Assembly: GCA_030647555.1 (NCBI GenBank)
Contig: JAUSJG010000008.1
Location: 65,467-129,466, forward strand
Source of the DNA: a bacterium
GTDB lineage: Bacteria; Patescibacteriota; Andersenbacteria; UBA10190; CAIZMI01
DNA length: 64,000 nt
Direction: 5' to 3'
Shown: piece after piece, positions 1-9,122 of the stretch
Position numbering within the stretch: the stretch's first letter is position 1
Layout: every line of letters starts with the position of its first letter
Translations under genes and position numbers: made by a program
Notes under the pieces: generated by a model
Database searches by the model: none
What the model was told of the DNA's origin: nothing
Seen by the model: only the letters and a program-made list of their open reading frames with translations

Positions 1-2045
1 GATATAAAAGGTTGATCGCCGCAAAACCTAAATTTTGTTGTTTGTCTTTTGGAAAATTCAGAAAATAAAAGCGGCTGTTGGCGGGGACGGTGGAGTGGTT
101 GGCACTAATTAGCGTTAGGGCGCTCATTGTGAGCGCGGATTGTTGGCGCGCAAGCAATAAATCCGGATGTCGATTGATGAATATAAAAGATTGTGCGCCG
201 GCAAAAAATATAAGAATGATTACGGCGATTTGCTTGAATCTGTTGGGGATGTTTATTTTTGGAAGAAGAGATTGAAAAAATATTCCAAACGTTAGGACTA
301 ATCCGATAAGAGGGAAATAGAGCCATCGTTCTTGCCGTTCGTTGAGTAAAATAAGAAAAGGGATACTCATTAGAATATAGAGGCCTACAGAAAACGTGGC
401 GTGCTTGGGACGTTTAATAAGGGTGATGATTAATAATAGAAATACCGCGCTGATTAAGAAAAGAAGATAAGGTGGCAAATTTAGCGACCAGCCTTTGAGA
501 GAAGTGGCTTGTTCGTAGTAATTACTGATTTTTTGGGATGCCGGGATAACGGTAAAAATGCCTCTAAACGAAAACGCAAGTGATGTTTTTAGGTTTCCGG
601 CCATTACGGCGGGATTAAAAGATGTCTTGTATGACGGGTCGAGATAAGCTGTTTGCATTCCGGGATCGTTTAGCATTGCCGTATGGATGGTTAAAATAAT
701 GGCGGCAACAGCCAAAAAAGGAGCTAATACGCGCATCTGTCGACGCACGAAAAATAAAAAAGAAAGTTTGTCATCAATCGCGAAACAAAACAGCGGTATT
801 AAAGCCAGTAGGATAAAGGAGTTTTCTTTGGATAAAAGAGCGAATGTAAAAAATACAAGGCTCCAAATTAAATAATTATTGCGCCGGTTTTTCCAATAGG
901 CGCCAATCGAAAGAAGGGTGGCAAGAATAAAAGTGGTCGCGAGCACTTCTTGGATGGAACTAAGCCATGCCACAGTAATCCAAATTGCCGCGTGCGTGGC
1001 CCAGAATATTGATAAAACGATAGAGAGACGTCTTTTAAGGAAAAAACGGAAAAGCAAATACACAAGCGCGCCGTTGAAGGCGTGGATCAGGTTGTTGAAT
1101 AAATAATGTGGCCAAGCCGTTAGTTTTGCTAACTGATAGAGCATTGCGGGAATAATGGAATTGGTGATAGGGCGGTAAAAGGCGATTTGTGACTTAAAGT
1201 CGGAATGAGTTGGTTCAACAAAACCGCGATCCGTGAAAAGTAGGGCCGGATTGTTTTTTAATAATACGCGCGCTCTTTCCAGTAAAACAAAATCATCTTG
1301 TCTGAAATAAAGCGTCAGTGTTGGTAAAAAGATGATAAAAATTACCGTAAATACTAAAAAAACGGGTTTTAATTCGGGTAGTAACATTTTTTTTAGGCTA
1401 ATCTGTTCAGTCTCGGCAGGCTTTTTTCCAAATAGCCAAAAAAATGGAGCAATGATTAACAAAGCCAGCGCCAAAGCAAGGGGTGGAAATTGCCGTAAAT
1501 ATATATAAATCAGACCGTAAAGAGGTGGAGAAGAATATGCCGTAAAAGCAAGGTCGCCGTAGGAAGGTTGATTTTTCTGAAAAATTTGTCCTTCCGGATA
1601 TTTTTGACTGTCTATTTGGTATTGCAGAGCGACGCAATCTTTTTCGTTTAGTGTTGGAGCAGAAAGTTCAAAATAGATGTTCTTTCTACTGATTGGCTTA
1701 AAACTAAATACTAATTTGTCATCTCTTTGTGCATTGCCGAGAGTGCTATCGATTTGTCTTAATACTAAACTATCGTTTGATGTTTTCTTTATTGACAGTC
1801 GTATCGGGGTGTTATCGGGTAATACTTTTTTATTTATTTTAACTTCTATTCCCGAGATGTAACCCGCGGGGACGTGTATTGTCTGTCCAATTCTTGATTC
1901 ACCAAAAACTTTTCTGACGTGGAGATTGTTTTGATCTGCTTCGTTAGTTTGGGAAATCATGGAAATCGGTTTCCACACAAATAGAAACACTAGCGCAAAA
2001 AATAGAATTGTATAAATTATTATTCTAATTTTACGGCTAATCATA
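1..2045 (-). CDS. GT-C-type polytopic membrane protein (PMT/ArnT-like), truncated by the window start; N-terminal signal anchor, ~200-aa extracytoplasmic domain, then >10 TM helices
   Basis: The minus-strand frame is open from the ATG (complement of 2043-2045, 'MISRKIRIIIYTILFFALVFLF...') to position 1 with no stop. It is missing from the ORF track only because no stop lies inside the window. The translation is dominated by hydrophobic helices ('FNGALVYLLFRFFLKRR', 'LLALIPLFCFAIDDK') and has an acidic 'RQDDF' loop after the first helix of the TM domain, as in PMT_2-type proteins. An upstream in-frame TGA at about 2079-2081 bounds it. Confidence 0.5.
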
Positions 2046-2115
2046 TGTGGGAAGTTTATCTGTAGATGAGCATATATTCAAGCTGTAAAAGCGAGACACA
2101 TATTTATAAATAATC

Positions 2116-4659
2116 TTGTATAATCAGGGCATGGTTGATGCGGATACAGTTTACGGTCAAAGAAAATCAAATTGGGTTTGGGTAATTATGCTTGTTTCTG
2201 TTTTATTGTTTGCGGGCATATTGATTTTTCAGACGCGAGAAATAATTGTTAATAATCCGATCATAAGTGAAGGCGTGGCGTATGCGCCGGTTGGTACGGG
2301 GAATGGGATTGATGTTTATGATAATCAAGCGTTGGTTCAAGAGTTTATCGCGACGGAAACAGAAATAACGCATATTTCCGTTGGTTTGAAAAATTTCAGA
2401 GGTGCAGATGCTGGTTCTTTCGTTTCTGTGGGGGTTTACGATCATGAGGGTGTTTTGTTGGGAAAAGAAGAGTTGCAAATTTCCGAATTATGGTCTGATG
2501 ATTTTACTAGGTTCAAAGTGTCGGCCAGACTATTGATTGGCGGGAGGTATAATATTTTAATAACAACAAGGGGCGTTGGGGAGGAAAAAGCGTTAAGTGC
2601 TTTCTATGAACCCAAAATTTACTCACTTCCGGGAGTTCAATTATTTTCCAAATCAGGGGAAAATGGTGCAAGTCGGCAAATAGTTGGTCATATCGGTTTC
2701 AAAGTTTTGCGCGAATCGACTCCTTCAGTACTTTGGCATATTGTATTGCGTGGGTTACAGTATCGCGTACTACTTTTTTACGCATTATTAATTCTAATAG
2801 CGACGCTTATTCGTCCAGTTAGAATATTTATAAAAAAAGTAATTACGACACAACTGAAGTTGAGTGTCGCGACGTTATGGTTTAGTAAGCGCGAAATATT
2901 TTCTGTTTTGTTTCTTGGAGTAGTATTGGCCGGAATTGTAACGGCGCCATATTACTTACTATTAAATAAAATGGATTCGATGGGGGATGTTCATCGTAAC
3001 TTGCTTTTTCGCGCGCTTGGGCGGGAATCAATTCTGAAAGACGGAACGATCGCGCAATGGGACCCTTATACTTGCGGTGGTGTACCACTTTTGGCCAATA
3101 TCGAATCGGCACATACGGATCCTTTTTTCTTGCTCTCATTGGTATTTGGTGAAAATTTAGGATTGCGTTTGTCGGTGACGCTGACGCTCGCATTCGGTTT
3201 TTTTGGAACGTATTTATTGGCGCGTCGTTTTCTTGGGGTAAATAAATTACCGGCGATATTGGCGGGAGCAATTTATTCTTTCTCCGGTTTTCAGATGTTG
3301 GCGTTTTCTACGGGTGTTTTTGCGTGGATTCCTGTCGGATTAATTCCATTGTTTGTATATTTTTACCTGCGAAGTTTGGAAAAAAATATTTATTTAATAC
3401 CCACGGCGGGAATGTTGGCATGGATCTTTTTAGGTGGCGGACCCCATATGCCTGTTTTTGCCGTGATTTTAGTAGGTCTTTTGGCGATTGGCGTTGCGAT
3501 TGGTTTTCGAAGCTTACGACCAATACTGATGTTGTATCTTGTTTTGATTACGGCCGGCTTGTTCTCGGCAGTGAAGTTATTGCCGGCCGTGGAGTTGGTA
3601 GTAATTTTTGACGCCTTTAATCGTTTACCTTCGTTTATCGCGTCCCTCTCATGGTTGCCAAAAATGTTTATTGATCGCCACCAGGACGCTTCTTTTGCCT
3701 GGCATTACGCGTTAACGGGAGAAAATTATCGCTGGTCGGAGTTTGGCAGTTATGTTGGTTTAGTACCGGTATTGTTATTTTTATTTGGCTTGCCGTTTAT
3801 CGTGCGAAAGAAAATGGTTCTGGCGTGGTTAATTATTGGCTTGATTATTCTTGTAATGGTATTTGGATTTTTCCCATGGACGTTAATTCAGCAAATACCT
3901 GTTTTGAAAGAAATTGTCCGCAATCCCCAGCGACTGCGCAGTATTTTCTTTTTGCCGTTTGGATTGCTTTGTGCGTATGGGCTAAACGCGGTATCCGAAA
4001 AGTTAATTAAGAAAACTTTAATCCGGAACATTGTTGTTGGGCTGGTGGTTCTTTTTGTAATCGGTGATCTGTTTGCCGTTGGCGCGCCAAATTTTTACAA
4101 TTTATTCAATTTATCCCGGCCCAAACTTGAGCGACAGGAAAAATTTGTGCGTTTGAATGGCGGTTATACTGATGAAGATAGTAGTTATTATAAGGCGGGC
4201 TATTTGAATTATCTCGCGCGGGAGGGGACGACGGATTTGTGCGTCCCCAATATGGTGATTAATAGGCCGATGATGGCTTCGGGTAAAGGAACCACGAGTA
4301 AAACAAGACCCTATAAAGGGGAAGCGTATATTCTCAATTCGGATGTAAAGGCGGATGTTGTTTCTGTTTCCCCGACAAAAATTATCGTACAAATGGAAAA
4401 ACTTGAGCGGGATGGTTGGCTGGCCATCAATCAAAATTATTATCCCGGTTGGAAGACGGTGCCGAAAAGGGAAGTAGCACAAAAAAACGGTCTTGTGGCG
4501 GCGCGCGTGCTTATGAGTGATAAAAAAATTGTTTTTAAATATTTTCCACTTTCTTTTTACGTTGGTTTTTGGATTTCTTTCGTATCGGTGTTAATTGCAG
4601 GGGCTGTTATGTTGCAACGATTTTTCTTATTCCGAAAGAATAAGTTTCGTAACCGCTAA
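2116..4659 (+). CDS. YfhO-family (GT-C) membrane protein, 847 aa
   Basis: Long ORF with more than 12 predicted TM helices and a 'WDPYTCGGVPLLANIE' motif that resembles the conserved YfhO loop. A C-terminal soluble domain is followed by a final TM anchor. The true start may be the internal 'MVDADT' at about 2131. Confidence 0.6.
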   Translation: MYNQGMVDADTVYGQRKSNWVWVIMLVSVLLFAGILIFQTREIIVNNPIISEGVAYAPVGTGNGIDVYDNQALVQEFIATETEITHISVGLKNFRGADAGSFVSVGVYDHEGVLLGKEELQISELWSDDFTRFKVSARLLIGGRYNILITTRGVGEEKALSAFYEPKIYSLPGVQLFSKSGENGASRQIVGHIGFKVLRESTPSVLWHIVLRGLQYRVLLFYALLILIATLIRPVRIFIKKVITTQLKLSVATLWFSKREIFSVLFLGVVLAGIVTAPYYLLLNKMDSMGDVHRNLLFRALGRESILKDGTIAQWDPYTCGGVPLLANIESAHTDPFFLLSLVFGENLGLRLSVTLTLAFGFFGTYLLARRFLGVNKLPAILAGAIYSFSGFQMLAFSTGVFAWIPVGLIPLFVYFYLRSLEKNIYLIPTAGMLAWIFLGGGPHMPVFAVILVGLLAIGVAIGFRSLRPILMLYLVLITAGLFSAVKLLPAVELVVIFDAFNRLPSFIASLSWLPKMFIDRHQDASFAWHYALTGENYRWSEFGSYVGLVPVLLFLFGLPFIVRKKMVLAWLIIGLIILVMVFGFFPWTLIQQIPVLKEIVRNPQRLRSIFFLPFGLLCAYGLNAVSEKLIKKTLIRNIVVGLVVLFVIGDLFAVGAPNFYNLFNLSRPKLERQEKFVRLNGGYTDEDSSYYKAGYLNYLAREGTTDLCVPNMVINRPMMASGKGTTSKTRPYKGEAYILNSDVKADVVSVSPTKIIVQMEKLERDGWLAINQNYYPGWKTVPKREVAQKNGLVAARVLMSDKKIVFKYFPLSFYVGFWISFVSVLIAGAVMLQRFFLFRKNKFRNR

Positions 4660-4687
4660 CAGGTCGAGAGATTTGACGTAACGGCCA

Positions 4688-4845
4688 CATCGGAGGTGGT
4701 GCTCTTCGTCCCGCGAAACCTTGGTGAAGTGGGATCAGCACCTCGTGCCTGCCCCTCGTAACTTTAGTGAAGTGGGGCGATGTGGAAGACGGTTCGTATC
4801 TCGACGCGCTAACCAACGCCACCTCCGAAGAAGAGCAAGGTCGGA
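4688..4845. other. GC-rich structured intergenic element: long-range stem (TCGGAGGTGG / CCACCTCCGA) enclosing two ~20-bp direct repeats (C.AAC.TT.GTGAAGTGGG)
   Basis: A 10-bp perfect complement between 4690-4699 and 4821-4830 encloses direct repeats at 4713-4732 and 4757-4778. GC content is far above the flanking genes. No credible ORF is present. Confidence 0.4.
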
Positions 4846-4927
4846 CTGCCGAGCGGTCCGACCTTAATTGGTGGCAACGTGTCGTCGGCCAATGCGGGTC
4901 GGACCTTTATGAATAAAAGTCCGACCC
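4839..4927. repeat. Two GGTCGGAC...GTCCGACC palindromic hairpins (REP-like), downstream of the YfhO gene
   Basis: 4839-4863 'GGTCGGACtgccgagcgGTCCGACC' and 4896-4927 'GGGTCGGACctttatgaataaaaGTCCGACCC'. The same palindrome core recurs at 51898, 56382, 56402 and 63764. Confidence 0.6.
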
Positions 4928-5029
4928 GATAACCTGTGAGGGGTTACCAAGTTTATTAATTTGTTTTACCGGAGAGATTCTTTGCCTATACAATCCTCGC
5001 GGTTCGGGCTATGTTTTAAGGGCAATAAA

Positions 5030-7285
5030 ATGCTGAAGAAATTTACCGAAGATAAGTATATTATGCTCGCGGTCGCGGTATTGATTGCCGTGGTGGTTGT
5101 ATTAGGGATTATATTTCTTCCTCTGGGTGAACAAACTCGTTTTGTTGTTCGCGTGAAAGACAGCTTGATCAAAGAAACGCTTGTTCCGTCTGCCGAATAT
5201 AAACAAGAATTTAAGGCACCGGTAAAATCGGTGCGAGGACTTACTTTTTATTTTGATAAAATCGCTAAGATTGCTGGCGTAGAACTGCAGATATTGGACG
5301 AGGGTGGAAAAATAATGGCAAGTTCCCGCAATGCTAAAATAACATATACGGAAGTGCGAACAGACGCGAGTTTCCGTTTTCGGAAGGTTGATTTGGAAAA
5401 AGATACAAAATATTTCATTCGACTAGCTAATCATGGGACAAAGCCGGTTAACTTGTGGTCGCGTGATGTAAACGGAGAAAATTTGATCGCATTTTCAATT
5501 TTGTCTCCCGCGAAAATTGATTTTCGATCGAGCGCCGGCGCGCTTACGGGGGTAATATTTTTGCTGGGGTTGGCTGTTGTAAAATTCATAAATGAAAAAT
5601 ATAGATTAGTTGGTACTATTATTCTCTTGGCGGTGATTACACCGCTGGCGTTGGGTGGTTTTTGGAAAATGGATAAGTTTGGGATTTCTGATTGGGATTA
5701 TTATATGTCAACACACAGTGCTTACCGGCAGGCAATTTTAACCAATCACGTTTTTCCGTTTTGGGAGCCGTATACGGCGGGTGGAACAGCCGGCTTAGCT
5801 GATCCGGAGTTTCCTGTTTTATCGCCATTATTTATTCCGGAATTGATTTTTGGGGTGCCGATTGGAATAAGAGTGGCAGTAATGCTTTCTGTTTTAGTGG
5901 GCGGGCTGGGAGTATTGGCGTTGTCGAGGAGTGTGAAATTAAGTCTTGAGGCCTGTACGCTTACGGCAATCGGCTATATGTTCGGCAGTGTTAATTTGTT
6001 GGAAATTGTCGAGGGGCACACCAACATTTATATGGCGATGTGGATACCATGGATTTTTTGGGCGTGGTTAATGATGATTCGTGGAAATAAAAAACCAATT
6101 ATTTGCGGAATATTTTTGGCGCTGACTTTTTATGGCGGGGGAATTTATTTGCTGATGTATACGGTGGTTGCTTTTATCGGGTTGGGATTATTCACAAAGA
6201 AGCCATTACGGACATTTGGGCTGACGGTAAAAGCGGGTTTGTGGGCGCTGGGGCTTTCGGCGTTAAAATTAATCCCGGTCTTTTTGTGGTTGAAAAATTA
6301 TCCGGATGCGATGTACGCGAGTTCCGTAAATACGCTACCATGGTTAAAGCAAATTTTTCTAGAGCGAATTTCTCACGGGGCGCAGGCAATTTTTAATCAA
6401 GGAGGAGGTTGGCACGAATATGGCGCATATCTTGGGTATTTTTTACTGGTGCTGGCTTTGCTCGGGCTTCTTCGATTACGTACTCAAAAGTTTGTTAGAT
6501 TGTTGAGTATTGCCGCGGTTGTCGCTGTTTTGATTTCCGCGAGCGGGCCACTGTTTAAACCGTTCTTTGATATATTTCCATTTATTCCTCGTTCGAACAT
6601 CTCGCGTTTCGTGTTGTTTGCGGTTATTCCCCTAGTATTACTGGCCGGGTTTGGCGTTGATTTGATCAGAGAAAAAATCAAGTTGGGAAATATCCTGGCA
6701 CTGATTATTATTGGTTGCGTGGCAGTGGATTTAATGAGTTTCTCGTATCTGCTTTCTACACAAGCATTTGTCTTGGATCCAATCGTTATTTCCACAAAGT
6801 CGGCATATCCAATTGAGTTTACCGCTGACAATTATTCAACGACGACTGTTGATGTGAACGGGAATGATGTTAAGTATTCACGTTCATATGCCGCATTTTT
6901 GGCCGGTTATGGATCTACGACCTTCCCATCTGTTTTAGGACCCGATGCGCGCGTAAAAACCATTCAGGATGAAAAACATCCGTATTTGGAGTTGGAAAAC
7001 GGGTGGGGTGAGGCGAAGTTGCTAAAATGGAGCCCCAATTCGGTGATAGTGGCCGTGGATGTAAAAGAGAGTGATAATTTGATTATCAATACCAACTTTG
7101 CGCCCGGCTGGTACGCGAATGGTATGCCAGCGAAGGATATTACCGGACGTGTTTCAACACGGATTTCGTCGGGGCAATCGGAGGTTCGATTTGAGTATAT
7201 TCCCCCCGGATTTTTTACCGGAGTATTGATTACTCTTTTTACACTTGGCTTGGTGGGATATTTCAGAATCAGGAAGAAAAAATAA
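5030..7285 (+). CDS. YfhO-family (GT-C) membrane protein, paralog of 2116..4659
   Basis: ORF-track entry 4961..7285 begins at a TTG. The first ATG, 'MLKKFTEDKYIMLAVAVLIAVVVV', lies at 5030. It carries a 'WEPYTAGGTAGLADPEFPVLSP' motif parallel to 'WDPYTCGGVPLLAN' of the upstream gene, has more than 12 TM helices, and has a C-terminal beta-rich domain plus TM anchor like that gene. Confidence 0.6.
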   Translation: MLKKFTEDKYIMLAVAVLIAVVVVLGIIFLPLGEQTRFVVRVKDSLIKETLVPSAEYKQEFKAPVKSVRGLTFYFDKIAKIAGVELQILDEGGKIMASSRNAKITYTEVRTDASFRFRKVDLEKDTKYFIRLANHGTKPVNLWSRDVNGENLIAFSILSPAKIDFRSSAGALTGVIFLLGLAVVKFINEKYRLVGTIILLAVITPLALGGFWKMDKFGISDWDYYMSTHSAYRQAILTNHVFPFWEPYTAGGTAGLADPEFPVLSPLFIPELIFGVPIGIRVAVMLSVLVGGLGVLALSRSVKLSLEACTLTAIGYMFGSVNLLEIVEGHTNIYMAMWIPWIFWAWLMMIRGNKKPIICGIFLALTFYGGGIYLLMYTVVAFIGLGLFTKKPLRTFGLTVKAGLWALGLSALKLIPVFLWLKNYPDAMYASSVNTLPWLKQIFLERISHGAQAIFNQGGGWHEYGAYLGYFLLVLALLGLLRLRTQKFVRLLSIAAVVAVLISASGPLFKPFFDIFPFIPRSNISRFVLFAVIPLVLLAGFGVDLIREKIKLGNILALIIIGCVAVDLMSFSYLLSTQAFVLDPIVISTKSAYPIEFTADNYSTTTVDVNGNDVKYSRSYAAFLAGYGSTTFPSVLGPDARVKTIQDEKHPYLELENGWGEAKLLKWSPNSVIVAVDVKESDNLIINTNFAPGWYANGMPAKDITGRVSTRISSGQSEVRFEYIPPGFFTGVLITLFTLGLVGYFRIRKKK

Positions 7286-7353
7286 GGATCACACGCGATA
7301 TTGAGTTAGATACAATCAATTGACCGATATTTTTGTCATCTCTTGTTTTGTAA

Positions 7354-7505
7354 TAATGACCAATACCCAATACTCAATGACCACTGAATAACCAATGCGT
7401 TAATGACCACTCTAGATACGAATACCGTGATAACAAAACGTCCGCATAGTAATTGGTCATTTAGCTTAGTGGTCATTCAGTGGGTATTGGGTAGTGGTCA
7501 TTGGA
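7354..7505. repeat. Array of six 8-9-bp motifs (3x AATGACCA on the top strand, 3x TGGTCATT inverted) forming a ~150-bp imperfect palindrome between convergent genes
   Basis: AATGACCAA 7355, AATGACCAC 7376, AATGACCAC 7401; TGGTCATTT 7455, TGGTCATTC 7471, TGGTCATTG 7495. Flanking ACCCAATAC and GTATTGGGT tracts are also mutually inverted. Confidence 0.6.
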
Positions 7506-7568
7506 CATTATTTGAGAATAAAAGAAACAGAGGGATTATCAGGAATAACCACGCTTGCGTATGTTACA

Positions 7569-9122
7569 TTAATCTTCTGTATCGGGTGTGGAAGGATTAT
7601 TTTTCGGTGCGGAAGATTCACTCGCAGAAATGCGTTTAAAAATATATGTTCCGTCGCCACTCCAAACTTGCGAAAAATTTTTATCGTTTTGTAAAACAGT
7701 GATCTCATGTTCCATTGATCCTTGCTGGAGTGGCCATGAACTAACGAATTGACTGACAATCAGCCACTGGGTTGAGCTATTTATTTCCGGATATAGTTGG
7801 AGGTTCCGGCGGTTGGCAAAACGCGCCGTAAAACCACTGGAGACGGCCACTGTATCGTCGGTCGGAATAATTTCCAATGCTTTTGTTACCGCCTCGTTGT
7901 GTTTAGTAATAAGTTCCGTTGGCATAATGTGTCTGGCACGCGCCCGGTAGAGGGGCGCTTTTTTATCACTCCACGCGTTTTTTTGCACGCTGAAAATCAG
8001 AAGGGCGCAAATAATTACGACAAAAACATTTTTAAGTCTATTCAGGCGTACTTTATTTAATAGCCAAAACAAATAGCTAATCGAATAAATTCCGCCAATC
8101 GCCAACAATGGAAGAATGTTGCCATTGGAATAATTGTTGATCAACCAGCGATATTCGTTGGGGCTGGCAAAACGCGAATAAAAAATTGTTAAACCGGAAA
8201 GATACGTAAGGGGCGTAAAGGCCGGTAAATAACCGAATGATGAAAAAAGCGTATTGATTGTGTTTCGTTTTGTTTCCGTATCGGTCATATTTTGAAAAAT
8301 GGCTTTCGGGTAGACAAAAAAACCGCGTACAACACTATAAGGATCTTTATTGCCCGTATCGAGGTAAGTAAGCGCGTCACCACCCCTGGTCCATTGGGGC
8401 ATAATGATGTAAGCGACCACGCAAAAATAGGTGAAGGAAATAATCATCACGCTTAGCCAGATGAGTATTTTCTTTTTGTCGAAAGACTGTTTGCGTATTC
8501 GTGCGCGAACGAACACACCAATTTGTTGAAGGAAATAAAACAAGCCGAGCATAAAAAAGATCGGTGGCGCGTCTTCGCGGGTAATAAGACCAAGAACAAG
8601 TGAAATCCAGAAGAGAATTTTTTTGTCAAAATGCCAAGCGTAAATAAACCAAAGAATAATTCCACCGGTTAAAACCGACGGATGGAAATCAACGTTAAGA
8701 GCGTATTGTGTGCCGATAAATGCCAAATAGGCGTAGAGAAAAGCCAAGCCAAGTAGGGAACTGTTAAGAATTTTTTGCGCAATTTTATAGAGTGGATAGC
8801 CGGACAGAGTGACGACCAATACCTGCGCGACCAATAAAACGCGTGCGTCGGGAAACAAGCGATAAATCGGAGCAAACAACGCGATAATAAAGTGCGCGTG
8901 GTCGCCCCACATCACCATATTTTTAAATGTATTAAACGGGAGACGGAAGTGACTTAGGTTAAACAAAGCTTGCGCATAGGCACCTAAATCCAAACCTGTT
9001 TCAAATAAACGGAAATTGGAAAAAACCATTTGCAAATAAAGCACGGTGAAAATTCCGATTAAGACAAACGCGACGGTGTTGAAAATTCGGTGGCGGTTCA
9101 TTGTCCTTAGTCTTTTGGCCAA
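7569..9122 (-). CDS. DUF2079-like polytopic membrane protein (GT-C-like architecture)
   Basis: 517 aa. 'DLGAYAQALFNLSHFRLPFNTFKNMVMWGDHAHFIIALFAPIYRLFP' matches the DUF2079 signature as I recall it (DLGIFDQ...G.HFSPIL...LFP). An N-terminal multi-TM region is followed by a C-terminal soluble domain. Confidence 0.5.
   Translation of the reverse strand: MAKRLRTMNRHRIFNTVAFVLIGIFTVLYLQMVFSNFRLFETGLDLGAYAQALFNLSHFRLPFNTFKNMVMWGDHAHFIIALFAPIYRLFPDARVLLVAQVLVVTLSGYPLYKIAQKILNSSLLGLAFLYAYLAFIGTQYALNVDFHPSVLTGGIILWFIYAWHFDKKILFWISLVLGLITREDAPPIFFMLGLFYFLQQIGVFVRARIRKQSFDKKKILIWLSVMIISFTYFCVVAYIIMPQWTRGGDALTYLDTGNKDPYSVVRGFFVYPKAIFQNMTDTETKRNTINTLFSSFGYLPAFTPLTYLSGLTIFYSRFASPNEYRWLINNYSNGNILPLLAIGGIYSISYLFWLLNKVRLNRLKNVFVVIICALLIFSVQKNAWSDKKAPLYRARARHIMPTELITKHNEAVTKALEIIPTDDTVAVSSGFTARFANRRNLQLYPEINSSTQWLIVSQFVSSWPLQQGSMEHEITVLQNDKNFSQVWSGDGTYIFKRISASESSAPKNNPSTPDTED

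Noticed and set aside
2203-4482. Antisense small ORFs within the first YfhO gene (2203..2478, 2882..3271, 3308..3523, 4111..4482) and similar ones in other long genes
   Set aside because: They overlap well-supported long ORFs on the opposite strand and have non-protein-like composition.
4961-5029. N-terminal 23-aa extension 'MFYRRDSLPIQSSRFGLCFKGNK' of the second YfhO gene
   Set aside because: The ORF-track start is a TTG in poorly coding-like sequence. The first ATG (5030) precedes a canonical N-terminal TM helix and is the more plausible start.
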